In this document: in pieces, positions 7,956-19,258 of the stretch | Position numbering within the stretch: the first letter of the stretch is position 1 | Layout: every line of letters starts with the position of its first letter | Source of the DNA: Candidatus Omnitrophota bacterium | GTDB lineage: Bacteria; Omnitrophota; Gorgyraeia; Gygaellales; Profunditerraquicolaceae | Reading direction: 5' to 3' | Length of the DNA: 32,863 nt | NCBI GenBank assembly: GCA_016867005.1 | Contig: VGKM01000003.1 | Span: 1-32,863, forward strand | Made by a program: the position numbers and the translations under genes | Notes under the pieces: model-generated | Database searches by the model: none | Seen by the model: only the letters and a program-made list of their open reading frames with translations | What the model was told of the DNA's origin: nothing

Positions 7956-9461
7956 ATGATTAAGCGGCCGTATTTTAAACTTAAGTTTATCCTCATTGTT
8001 TTATTGGCTTGTATAAGTTTTGGTGTTTATATCAATTCTTTACAGGGCGGGTTCCTGATTGATGACCATGCAGGGATACTTGAAAATAAAAATATCCACG
8101 ATTTAAATTCCTACCTTAAGAATAATTTTAATTTTTCGCCAGGCGCTTTTGTTGAATTGGTGCGCGCAGTAATCTGGAACTTCTTTGGCAGCAATACCTT
8201 GCCTTATCACTTATTCAATGTCTTGGCGCATGTTGTTACGGTCATCCTTATATTTGTACTTTGCAATATTTTATTCAAAAATATAACCCTGTCATTTTTA
8301 ACAGGGCTAATTTTTGCGGTACATCCCATTCATACCGAAGCGGTAAGCTGGATTTCGGGCGGGCCTTATGTTTTATCAGCGTTATTTTTTACGCTTTCGC
8401 TTATTTTTTACATAAAATCAGAGCAGTCGATGTTTTATCTGGTTTTAACTGTTCTTGCTTTTGTATTGAGTTATCTGACCGGGAATTCCGCAGTTTCGCT
8501 TCCCCTTATATTTATAGTATATGAATTATTTTTCAGGGACAAAACACAAGATAGGGGAGTATTTTCCAGAAAGATAAGGATTTTTGTATTAGCTGCGCTA
8601 TTATTAACGGCAATAATGGTGGCAGCCATATTCTTTTTAAGAAGAAACACATTTATCCATACTATTTTTTATTTTAAGGGATTCAGCTATTTGGTAGTTG
8701 TTACAAAAGCGTTTCTTTATTATTTAAAGATCATTTACCTCCCCTTAGCAAGGGGGCTGTACCATCCTTTTGCCTATAACTCGGTTGATACCAGCAAGTT
8801 GAGCCCGGCATTCTTTGTTTCTCTGTCTGTGCTGGTATTTTCAATATTTTTGTTTTTTAAATGCCTTAAGAAAAACAAGCCGGTATCTTTTAGCATCGCT
8901 TTGTTTTTTGTCACCTATCTGCCTTATTCCAATATTATCCCTGTATGCAACATCATTTCCGAACGCTACGTTTATCTTCCGTCTTTGGGGGTCTCGCTTC
9001 TTATCGCCGCACTTTTTTTAATAGCATGGGAGGCGATAAATAAAGACCTTTCTTCTAAGAAAGTTTTAAGGATTATTGCTATGGTATTGCTGGTTTTATT
9101 TATTTTAAGTTACTCAATTCTGACGGTAAAACGCAATAATGAATACAAAGACATCATTACTTACTGGAAAACAAACATAAATAACTTTCCGGACGGTTAC
9201 ATGGCCTACAATAATCTGGCCGGTACATTTTATGTGATGGGCCAGACCGAGCAGGCCCTGGCTTATTCCTGGATAACGCTGATGATCAAGGCTGACCAGC
9301 CGCATGTCTGGTGCAATCTGGGTAAAGTTTATTTTGAGAAAAAAGATATGGCGATGTCGGAATTCTGCTATAAAGAAGCATTGAAGCTGGATAAGGGGTA
9401 TCCGCCGGCGATCCAGGGGATGAAACTGATCAAAGAAAAAGAGCTCCCTAAAAAGGATTAA
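7956..9461 (+). CDS. TMTC-like GT-C glycosyltransferase (protein O-mannosyltransferase-like) with C-terminal TPRs
   Basis: Multi-TM protein; DD motif after TM1 (FLIDDHAGILEN); YHLFNVLAH; LIFAVHPIHTEAVSWISG; ERYVYLPSLG; TPR-like AYNNLA and WCNLGKVY..YKEALKLD. ATG 7956 preferred over TTG 7932, which lies inside the hairpin. Confidence 0.8.
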   Translation: MIKRPYFKLKFILIVLLACISFGVYINSLQGGFLIDDHAGILENKNIHDLNSYLKNNFNFSPGAFVELVRAVIWNFFGSNTLPYHLFNVLAHVVTVILIFVLCNILFKNITLSFLTGLIFAVHPIHTEAVSWISGGPYVLSALFFTLSLIFYIKSEQSMFYLVLTVLAFVLSYLTGNSAVSLPLIFIVYELFFRDKTQDRGVFSRKIRIFVLAALLLTAIMVAAIFFLRRNTFIHTIFYFKGFSYLVVVTKAFLYYLKIIYLPLARGLYHPFAYNSVDTSKLSPAFFVSLSVLVFSIFLFFKCLKKNKPVSFSIALFFVTYLPYSNIIPVCNIISERYVYLPSLGVSLLIAALFLIAWEAINKDLSSKKVLRIIAMVLLVLFILSYSILTVKRNNEYKDIITYWKTNINNFPDGYMAYNNLAGTFYVMGQTEQALAYSWITLMIKADQPHVWCNLGKVYFEKKDMAMSEFCYKEALKLDKGYPPAIQGMKLIKEKELPKKD

Positions 9462-9477
9462 ATAAATGCAGATTAAG

Positions 9478-9486
9478 TGTTATAAT
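9478..9486 (+). promoter_or_regulatory. Extended -10 promoter, probable leaderless transcript for the minor pilins
   Basis: TGTTATAAT is a perfect TGnTATAAT; ATG 9493 lies 7 nt downstream with no SD. Confidence 0.55.
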
Positions 9487-9492
9487 AATCGC

Positions 9493-9987
9493 ATGAAAAG
9501 GCGCGGGTTTACTCTTATTGAAGCAATAATGGTCATTATGATCGTCGGGATCCTTGCCGCAGTAGTCTCTGTTGATTTTATCTCATCTTTTTCTACGTCG
9601 AAAATAGAAGCGGCCAGGTTTAAGCTGAAGAGCGATATTATTTATGCCCAGGAGTTAAGTGTTACGCAGCAGTTGAATCACGGCGTTATTTTTGATCCGG
9701 GCGGGGAAACCTATTCGGTTTATAAACAAACTACCGGCAATATCATTAATAACCCTTTGACAGGGGCGCCTTTTACAGTGAATTTTAATACGGACCCGGA
9801 TTTAACCGGCATAGATTTAGTATCTGCCAATTTCGGCGCGCCGACAACAAACCGTGTTGAATTCAATAGCTATGGCATTCCTTCCGACGGCACAACTGTT
9901 TTGGCTGCTAACGGCTCAGTTTCTCTTAGTTATTCGGGGCTAAACGGTTTGGTTACGGTAACCAAGAATACAGGGATGGTTAATTGA
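9493..9987 (+). CDS. Minor pilin (MshC/FimT/GspH-like)
   Basis: MKRRG/FTLIEAIMVI; AARFKLKSDIIYAQ; VEFNSYGIP; C-terminal VTVTKNTGMV. Confidence 0.85.
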   Translation: MKRRGFTLIEAIMVIMIVGILAAVVSVDFISSFSTSKIEAARFKLKSDIIYAQELSVTQQLNHGVIFDPGGETYSVYKQTTGNIINNPLTGAPFTVNFNTDPDLTGIDLVSANFGAPTTNRVEFNSYGIPSDGTTVLAANGSVSLSYSGLNGLVTVTKNTGMVN

Positions 9988-10373
9988 TGGGGAAAAAAGG
10001 GTTTACTCTTATCGAGACGGTAATTGTGATTATTGTTTTAGCAATTACCCTTACGCCCTTCAGCGTCCTTACGACCAATGTAATAAGCCGCAATGTCCGT
10101 TCTCAGGGGACGGCAACAGCTGTCAGCCTTGCTGAACAGGAAATGGAGAGGGTGACGGCTCTTAGGTTTTCTTTGGCCGTTGATGAGGCGGCTGCTTCTT
10201 TTTCCGCTCCTTTTAACGGTTTTACAAAAGAAATAATTGTAGATTATGTTAATTCAGGCAGCCTGAATACTCCTGTTGCAGGGCCTACTGATTATAAAAG
10301 AGTACAGGTAAAGGTCACAAGCGCCACTGCCGATACCATAACCCTTACAACATTAATAACAAATGACTGGTAA
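9987..10373 (+). CDS. Minor pilin (MshD/PilV-like)
   Basis: MGKKG/FTLIETVIVI; AVSLAEQEMERV; YKRVQVKVT; start overlaps the upstream stop codon. Confidence 0.85.
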   Translation: MGKKGFTLIETVIVIIVLAITLTPFSVLTTNVISRNVRSQGTATAVSLAEQEMERVTALRFSLAVDEAAASFSAPFNGFTKEIIVDYVNSGSLNTPVAGPTDYKRVQVKVTSATADTITLTTLITNDW

Positions 10374-10878
10374 AAAAAGTTTTACACTTATTGAACTTGT
10401 TATGGTGATGGTAATCGTAGGCATAATCGCCGGTATCGGTGTGCCTGTCATACTGACAACTGCTGATGCCTGGTCATTGGCAAGTTTTTTTCAGGATAAT
10501 GCGGTTTCTCAGGCAATAGTTGCGCAAAGCAGGATGTCCAGGGAGATCCGCCGGCTCTTAAATGACGCATCTGTAGCAGGCGCAAGTTCAACACAATATT
10601 CATTTACTGACCTAGGCAGCAATGTGATCACCTATAACAGAAGCGGCAATACCCTGATGCGTAATTCCGACGGGCTGGCAGCCAATGTTACAGCATTAAG
10701 TTTCATATATTATGATGATGATAACAATACTATAACTACCCCGGTAGTAAGCCCAGATGATACCGATATCAGGATAGTCCAGGGTAACTTTTCAATTCTG
10801 GCAGGCAGCAATACCTTGAATTTCCGATTTGCAACCAGGCCACAGAATTTAAGGCGGTTAAATGAAAAATTTAAATAA
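10363..10878 (+). CDS. Minor pilin (MshO/PilW/GspJ-like)
   Basis: MTGKKS/FTLIELVMVM; RMSREIR; LAANVTALSFIYYD; C-terminal RPQN. Confidence 0.85.
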   Translation: MTGKKSFTLIELVMVMVIVGIIAGIGVPVILTTADAWSLASFFQDNAVSQAIVAQSRMSREIRRLLNDASVAGASSTQYSFTDLGSNVITYNRSGNTLMRNSDGLAANVTALSFIYYDDDNNTITTPVVSPDDTDIRIVQGNFSILAGSNTLNFRFATRPQNLRRLNEKFK

Positions 10879-12364
10879 AATTAAAGGCGTCAGTTTAGTT
10901 GTTGCCGTAGCAATAATGTTGATCTGCGGCGTACTGGGAGCTGTGATGGCGCAATTATTGGGAGTTACTTCGCGCGGCTCCGTGGATTATATGCGTTCTT
11001 CCCAGGCCTTAGGACTGGCTCAGGCAGGCATCAATTGGCAGATGATGCAACTAGCTACTGCAGCAGATTGGGATGTTTTGACCGGGCAGACGGTTTCTTT
11101 AGGGGGTTGGATATTTACGACAAGCTTAAGCAATTGGGCGCAGCCGCAAACCGACAGCTCTACAAGCACGCGCCTGGATATAAACGTTACAGGAAAGACA
11201 AACGGCTCGGATGGCGCTATCATCCAGCGCACGATGTCTCAATCCGCCTGGAAACTTCCTTCAGCAACTAAATTCGCACTTTTTTGGGGGAGAGACGTGG
11301 CAAATCTTTCTTTCAGTAATGTAGCGGTTTCCGGAGATTTTTGGTCAATCGGCTCAACCAGTATTCCCGGGAGTTCTTCCGTAACAAGCGGAAGCGCCTA
11401 TAGGCCGCAAGGAGAGGATATTTCAGGGGCGGGCTCATATACGGAAGTCGATGTTGGTGTATTCCCGTATTTTTCCAATTTTACAGGTTCAACTTCCACT
11501 CATTCTACTCCGCCTTTTGATGCGTCTTATTTTACAACTTTAACCAGTGACTACGATAGCCGTGAGGCAGCTTGCGTTACCGGCACTGATATTAACCAGA
11601 ATTCAAGCTTGGCTTTATCAGGCAATACAGTTTGCTGCCGCGACTTTAACACAAACGGGACTATAACAATAAGCGGTAACGGGTATATTATTGCCAATCG
11701 GGATATGTTGTTGCATACGCAGAACGGTGATTCAGGGACATTGACATTTTCTCCTTCCGGAGGGAACATTGTTTTGATCGCCGGGCGCGATATCCTTATT
11801 AATTCAGGCCAGAATGATACTCCGGTTACAATGAATTCCGGGGTAAGGATGTATTCGAAAAGCGACGGGGTTAATACCGGCGAGATTACCATTCGCAATA
11901 ATACGACAAACATCGACGATGCTTTAATATTGGCTGATCGGCGCATTATTATTCAGGACAGTGCAAATATAACCGGTTCTACTCTTTTTGTCAATGACCC
12001 TGGCAATGCCACAAATAATGTGCTTCGAATTGAGGATTCAGGCACAAGCGTTGGCACGCAAGCGTCTCCCTGCAATGTAATAAGTATCGGCCGCGGGACA
12101 CCGACAATCCAGATTACGGATACTGCAAGCGTTATAGGCCTTGTTTATCAAAGAGATGCAAATAATTTGGGAAGGACCAGGATTGACGGGCAAAATAATG
12201 CCAACAGGGTTAATATCACCGGTTCTGTAATAGCCAATGCTTTTCAGGGCAATGATATAGATAATGCCAATATTACTTATGACCCGGATAGTTTGCCTGA
12301 TCCTCCTATTGAAGGATTTGACGGTTTTGCTACCAAAAAACCTGATTCCTGGAGCGGAAATTGA
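10862..12364 (+). CDS. PilX/MshP-like minor pilin with a large Asn/Thr/Ser/Gly-rich C-terminal domain (putative adhesin)
   Basis: KIKG/VSLVVAV with no Glu+5, as in PilX/GspK; SSQALGLAQAGINW; about 370 aa beta-rich extension; overlaps the upstream gene. Confidence 0.8.
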   Translation: MKNLNKIKGVSLVVAVAIMLICGVLGAVMAQLLGVTSRGSVDYMRSSQALGLAQAGINWQMMQLATAADWDVLTGQTVSLGGWIFTTSLSNWAQPQTDSSTSTRLDINVTGKTNGSDGAIIQRTMSQSAWKLPSATKFALFWGRDVANLSFSNVAVSGDFWSIGSTSIPGSSSVTSGSAYRPQGEDISGAGSYTEVDVGVFPYFSNFTGSTSTHSTPPFDASYFTTLTSDYDSREAACVTGTDINQNSSLALSGNTVCCRDFNTNGTITISGNGYIIANRDMLLHTQNGDSGTLTFSPSGGNIVLIAGRDILINSGQNDTPVTMNSGVRMYSKSDGVNTGEITIRNNTTNIDDALILADRRIIIQDSANITGSTLFVNDPGNATNNVLRIEDSGTSVGTQASPCNVISIGRGTPTIQITDTASVIGLVYQRDANNLGRTRIDGQNNANRVNITGSVIANAFQGNDIDNANITYDPDSLPDPPIEGFDGFATKKPDSWSGN

Positions 12365-12383
12365 TGTAGTTTGGCTGAATTTA

Positions 12384-12392
12384 TGATATACT
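12384..12392 (+). promoter_or_regulatory. Candidate extended -10 promoter for the pilMN-O-P genes
   Basis: TGATATACT (TGnTATAcT) about 10 nt before ATG 12403; no SD visible. Confidence 0.4.
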
Positions 12393-12402
12393 ATTTATTT
12401 AT

Positions 12403-12654
12403 ATGAAAATATCAGGCCTGAAGATTGATTCCATTTCCTCGCTATTCTCTCCGAAAACGAATTCCTTTGTTATCGCTGACCTTAGTTCAGGGTTAAAGCT
12501 TTCTTATGCCAATTTTAGTAACGGTATCAAGGTTTTAGCGGCAGAAGATATTGCATGCAGCCACCAAATGCATGAGGTGATATTGAGCTCACTGCGCGCT
12601 TTCTTAAAAGATAATAATATACAGTCAAGGAACACGATTCTTCCCCTTTCTTAA
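12403..12654 (+). pseudogene. N-terminal fragment of the PilM(-PilN) gene, separated by an apparent 1-nt frameshift
   Basis: Ends FLKDNNIQSRNTILPLS*. The next ORF's frame is open from 12618 and reads PFLSSVFVKRIQLP, which continues a PilM-type sequence. Confidence 0.7.
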
Positions 12655-12680
12655 GCTCTGTTTTTGTAAAAAGAATACAA

Positions 12681-14027
12681 TTGCCCTGTGTTTCGGACGC
12701 GGAATTGCTGGAGGCGATTAAATGGAAGATAAAGGATGAACTGCCGTTTGAACTTGAAAAAGCGGTTTTCGATTATCAGATCATCAAGAAGAGTTCTTTA
12801 AATGACGGCTCAAAGGTATTTGACCTGGCCTGTATTGCAGCGCTTGAAGAAGAAATAACCAGCCAGGTAGTTTTATTAAAACAGGCAGGGCTTAATGTCA
12901 TCGGAGTAGGTTTTGCGCCTTTCGGTTATATCAGGCTGATAGAAAAGTATCTGGCAGAGGATAAAGGGGCAGCCCAGGCAGTATTATACCTATGGGCAAA
13001 TGCCAGTTATCTTAATATTTATAAAGACAATAAGCTGGTTTTCTTCAGGGAGCTTCCGGTCTCCCTCAATAAATTCAGAAATTCTCTTTCTGCTGCGTTG
13101 GTCACCGAGAAAGGCAAAGTCCAATTAAGCCCTCTTCAGATAGAAGACATCCTTTTTAAACACGGCGTCCCGATCCCCGAATCGGGCCTTTATAACGACA
13201 AAACAATGGCAAGCCAGATCATGGCAATGTGGCGCCCAGCCCTTGAAGCATTAGCCCAGGAAATAAAGCGTTCCTTTGTTTATTATAAATCGCAATTCCA
13301 GGAAGAAGATGCCGGTAAAATATTTGTTGCTGCTGAGGCACAAAATATAATCAACCTGGATAAATTCCTGGCAAAAGAGCTATCTTCCGAAGCCGAAGTT
13401 TTTCCCGTTATAGAGAAAATCTTGCCTCCGCCGCAAACCAGCCCTTCGGAATTGGTAAAAATTTACCCGGGTATCGGGCTGGCAATTGATTATAAACACA
13501 ATATCAATCTTCTGCCGCGGCAATTCCGGACAGAGAAAATTGAGAATGTCCAGAAGATCTCTCTGCGTTGGGTCGCTTTTATCGCATTTTTATTGTTAGC
13601 GGTTTCATATATCCTTGCCCGGGCAGGCGTGACTGCTTATGAAAAAAGATTGGACCGCACATTATTCCAGCTCAATGTCTTATCCGAGATAAAGAATATA
13701 AAAAATAAGCTGGATGCATTCGAGATCTTTTCTGCCGGTGTCAAGGACAGAGAGCTGCCGTTAGGGGAGATTTTTAAAAAAATCAGCAATATTTCCCCCA
13801 GAGAGATGTTTTTTAATTCACTCGTAATTAATTGCGGCTCAAAGACAGGTTCGATTTCCGGCTATGTTAAGACCACAAATCAAAACGCAGATTCAATCCT
13901 TACCCAGTTTATCAGCCAGTTAAATTCTTCAAAGATGTTTTTTGATGTTAATCTGAGCGAGCTTAAGAAAACCGGCACTCAGGGGTTTGATTTGGCAAAT
14001 TTTGAAATAAGCTTTAGGATAAAATGA
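12681..14027 (+). CDS. pilM: PilM-PilN fusion (MshI-like), C-terminal part of the frameshifted gene
   Basis: LP...ELLEAIKW..KDELPF...VFDYQ; LKQAGL; QEIKRSFVYY; GLA followed by the PilN motif INLLP, a TM helix and a PilN-like periplasmic domain. Confidence 0.8.
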   Translation: MPCVSDAELLEAIKWKIKDELPFELEKAVFDYQIIKKSSLNDGSKVFDLACIAALEEEITSQVVLLKQAGLNVIGVGFAPFGYIRLIEKYLAEDKGAAQAVLYLWANASYLNIYKDNKLVFFRELPVSLNKFRNSLSAALVTEKGKVQLSPLQIEDILFKHGVPIPESGLYNDKTMASQIMAMWRPALEALAQEIKRSFVYYKSQFQEEDAGKIFVAAEAQNIINLDKFLAKELSSEAEVFPVIEKILPPPQTSPSELVKIYPGIGLAIDYKHNINLLPRQFRTEKIENVQKISLRWVAFIAFLLLAVSYILARAGVTAYEKRLDRTLFQLNVLSEIKNIKNKLDAFEIFSAGVKDRELPLGEIFKKISNISPREMFFNSLVINCGSKTGSISGYVKTTNQNADSILTQFISQLNSSKMFFDVNLSELKKTGTQGFDLANFEISFRIK

Positions 14028-14590
14028 TGGAACTCACAAGAGAACAGAAGAAGATCATTTATATTGCCGCGTTGGTTGCGGCATTTTTGATGTTTTTCTG
14101 GATTTTTATTTATATACCGCAAAGCCGTAAGCTTAAGGAAATCCAGCATAAATTAAGTATCACCGAGGGCGAAATTTCCGATATAAACCGTATCACCGGA
14201 GGCATGCCTGAAGCAGAGGCCGTACAAGGCCTGAATAATAAGCTTAACCAGATGATAGCAGGTTTCGGAGATTCCGACGATGATATAATCGATGCATTGT
14301 CTAAGGCAGCCAGGGAGCTGAAAATAACCATCAATAATATTTCACTTTCCAGCCGTCAGTTGATAAACTCTCAAATTCCCGGATATGAAGTCAGGGAAAT
14401 GCCGGTTTCTTTGAAGCTTACGGCTGAATACAGGCCGTTGGGGGAATTTTTGTACAGGATAAGGGATAATTTCCCTGTTTTATTAACAGTAAGGAATCTT
14501 TCAATAAGCGGCGAAGGAGAAGGGGATCCCCGTTTAGACGTGGATTTGGAGATCTCGGCCTATTTATTATCGCCTGCTTCAGGGCAATAG
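14024..14590 (+). CDS. pilO: PilO/MshJ-like alignment-complex protein
   Basis: N-terminal TM, coiled coil, EMPVSLKLTAEYRPLGEFLYRI; ATGA overlap with the upstream gene. Confidence 0.82.
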   Translation: MMELTREQKKIIYIAALVAAFLMFFWIFIYIPQSRKLKEIQHKLSITEGEISDINRITGGMPEAEAVQGLNNKLNQMIAGFGDSDDDIIDALSKAARELKITINNISLSSRQLINSQIPGYEVREMPVSLKLTAEYRPLGEFLYRIRDNFPVLLTVRNLSISGEGEGDPRLDVDLEISAYLLSPASGQ

Positions 14591-14594
14591 AAGA

Positions 14595-15050
14595 ATGGAT
14601 AAGCAAAAAAAAGAGATTATCATTACCGGGGTACTGGCATTGGTCTTCGTTTTTACTCTTACAAACAGTATCCGCAAGATAAAGGCGCGCTATAGCCCTG
14701 CAGCAAGGACTGTTGTTCAATCTATACCAGGGAAGGCGCAGGTATCAGTACCTTCTGTATCTCTAAAACAGGAAGATGCCGCGCCGCTAAAGAATATCGA
14801 GAAAGAACAACTGGATTGGATCAGGGATCCTTTTTCAGGAAAGATCTATTTTAGCAAAGAAGAAGGTGCGGCGATTGATTTAAACCTGACCGGTATTGTC
14901 TGGGATGAGCAAAAACCCCGGGCGCTTATCAATAGCGACATAGTCCAGGAAGGAAGCACGATAGGCCAGTTCAGGGTATTGAAAATTTTTAAAGATAAAG
15001 TAGTATTGGAGCAGGGGGCGAAAACTTTTGAGCTCCGTTTAAAACAGTAG
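14595..15050 (+). CDS. PilP/MshK/GspC-like protein
   Basis: N-terminal TM, RDPF motif, LTGIVW...ALIN..IVQEG..I...VLKI.KDKVVL. Confidence 0.75.
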   Translation: MDKQKKEIIITGVLALVFVFTLTNSIRKIKARYSPAARTVVQSIPGKAQVSVPSVSLKQEDAAPLKNIEKEQLDWIRDPFSGKIYFSKEEGAAIDLNLTGIVWDEQKPRALINSDIVQEGSTIGQFRVLKIFKDKVVLEQGAKTFELRLKQ

Positions 15051-15086
15051 CAAGCCAATCTTTTTTCGTGTTTCTTCAAAAATCCC

Positions 15087-15115
15087 TTCAAAAATCAGGC
15101 AATCCTGTGTATAAT
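15087..15115 (+). promoter_or_regulatory. Candidate sigma70 promoter of the acyP-ligA-xerD operon
   Basis: TTCAAA-17 nt-TATAAT; the -35 lies within an 11-bp direct repeat. Confidence 0.5.
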
Positions 15116-15137
15116 TATTATGTTAACTTAAGCGAGG

Positions 15138-15409
15138 ATGAAAAAACAAGTCCACCTTCTTTATAGCGGCAGGGTCCAGGGCGTGGGATTCAGGTTTTCT
15201 ACCGTCAATTTTGCCGATGGCCTTTCCATAAGCGGATGGGTAAGGAATTTGAGCGGCGGGAAAGTGGAGGTAATGGCAGAAGGCGAAGAGAAAGACCTGA
15301 TGGATTTTTTAAGCCGTATTAAAATGCACTTTGGCAGCTATATATCGGATGTAGAGGCCCGGTGGCAGGCGGCAACCGGAGATTACCATGATTTTGAAAT
15401 AAGGTTTTA

Positions 15410-15410
<1 letters not shown>
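15138..15410 (+). CDS. acyP: Acylphosphatase
   Basis: GRVQGVGFR and GWVRN signature motifs; 90 aa. Confidence 0.95.
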
Positions 15411-18631
<3,221 letters not shown>

Positions 18632-18635
<4 letters not shown>

Positions 18636-19258
18636 TCTTAGAGTGTATCAAGGTCGGGCAGCTTGAGGCCAATTGTTATGTGTTGGCAGAGTCCGCCGGT
18701 TCAGGGGCGGTGATTATCGACCCGGGGAGCGAATTTAAAAAAATCCGGAAGGTGCTCAGTAAGCATAATTTATCTCCGGCATTCGTCATAAACACCCACG
18801 GCCATGTTGACCATATCGGTTCTGATGCTGAATTTAAAGTGCCCGTATATATTCATAAGCTTGATGCCCCAATGCTCAAAGACCCTGAGCTTAATTTTTC
18901 CTCTTTTTTCGGCGCGCCTTTTTCTGTCGGCCAGGATGCCGAAATCCTGGCGGTTAATGACGGCGATTATTTGGAATTAGGAAAAATTAAGCTGCGGGTG
19001 ATCCATACGCCCGGCCATTCTCCCGGGGGGATCAGTTTGTATCTGGAGGACGGGGCAAAGAAAATATTGTTTACAGGAGATTCATTATTTTCCGGCAGTA
19101 TCGGCAGGACGGACCTGGCTGGTTTAAGAGATGCGGATTTAGTAAAGTCAATTAAGGAAAAATTACTGGTTTTCCCCTCTGAGACAATCGTTTATCCCGG
19201 GCACGGGCCCGGTTCAACAATAGGAGATGAGGCCAGAAATAACCCCTTTTTATTATGA
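18632..19258 (+). CDS. MBL-fold metallo-hydrolase (glyoxalase II family)
   Basis: THGHVDHIG, HTPGHSPG, FTGDSLF, GRTDL, YPGHG. Confidence 0.93.

Noticed and set aside
12638-12654. Canonical -1 programmed ribosomal frameshift
   Set aside because: The CCCTTTC heptamer is in the wrong phase and no clear stimulatory structure follows.
15101-15128. Bona fide chromosomal dif site
   Set aside because: The XerC arm lacks the inner TAA, gene orientation does not switch, and the sequence doubles as a -10 region. Kept only as a weak finding.
1-15137. tRNA-anchored genomic island carrying the pilus locus
   Set aside because: No duplicated tRNA 3' end was seen at the right boundary, there is no integrase beside the tRNA, and no compositional break is obvious.
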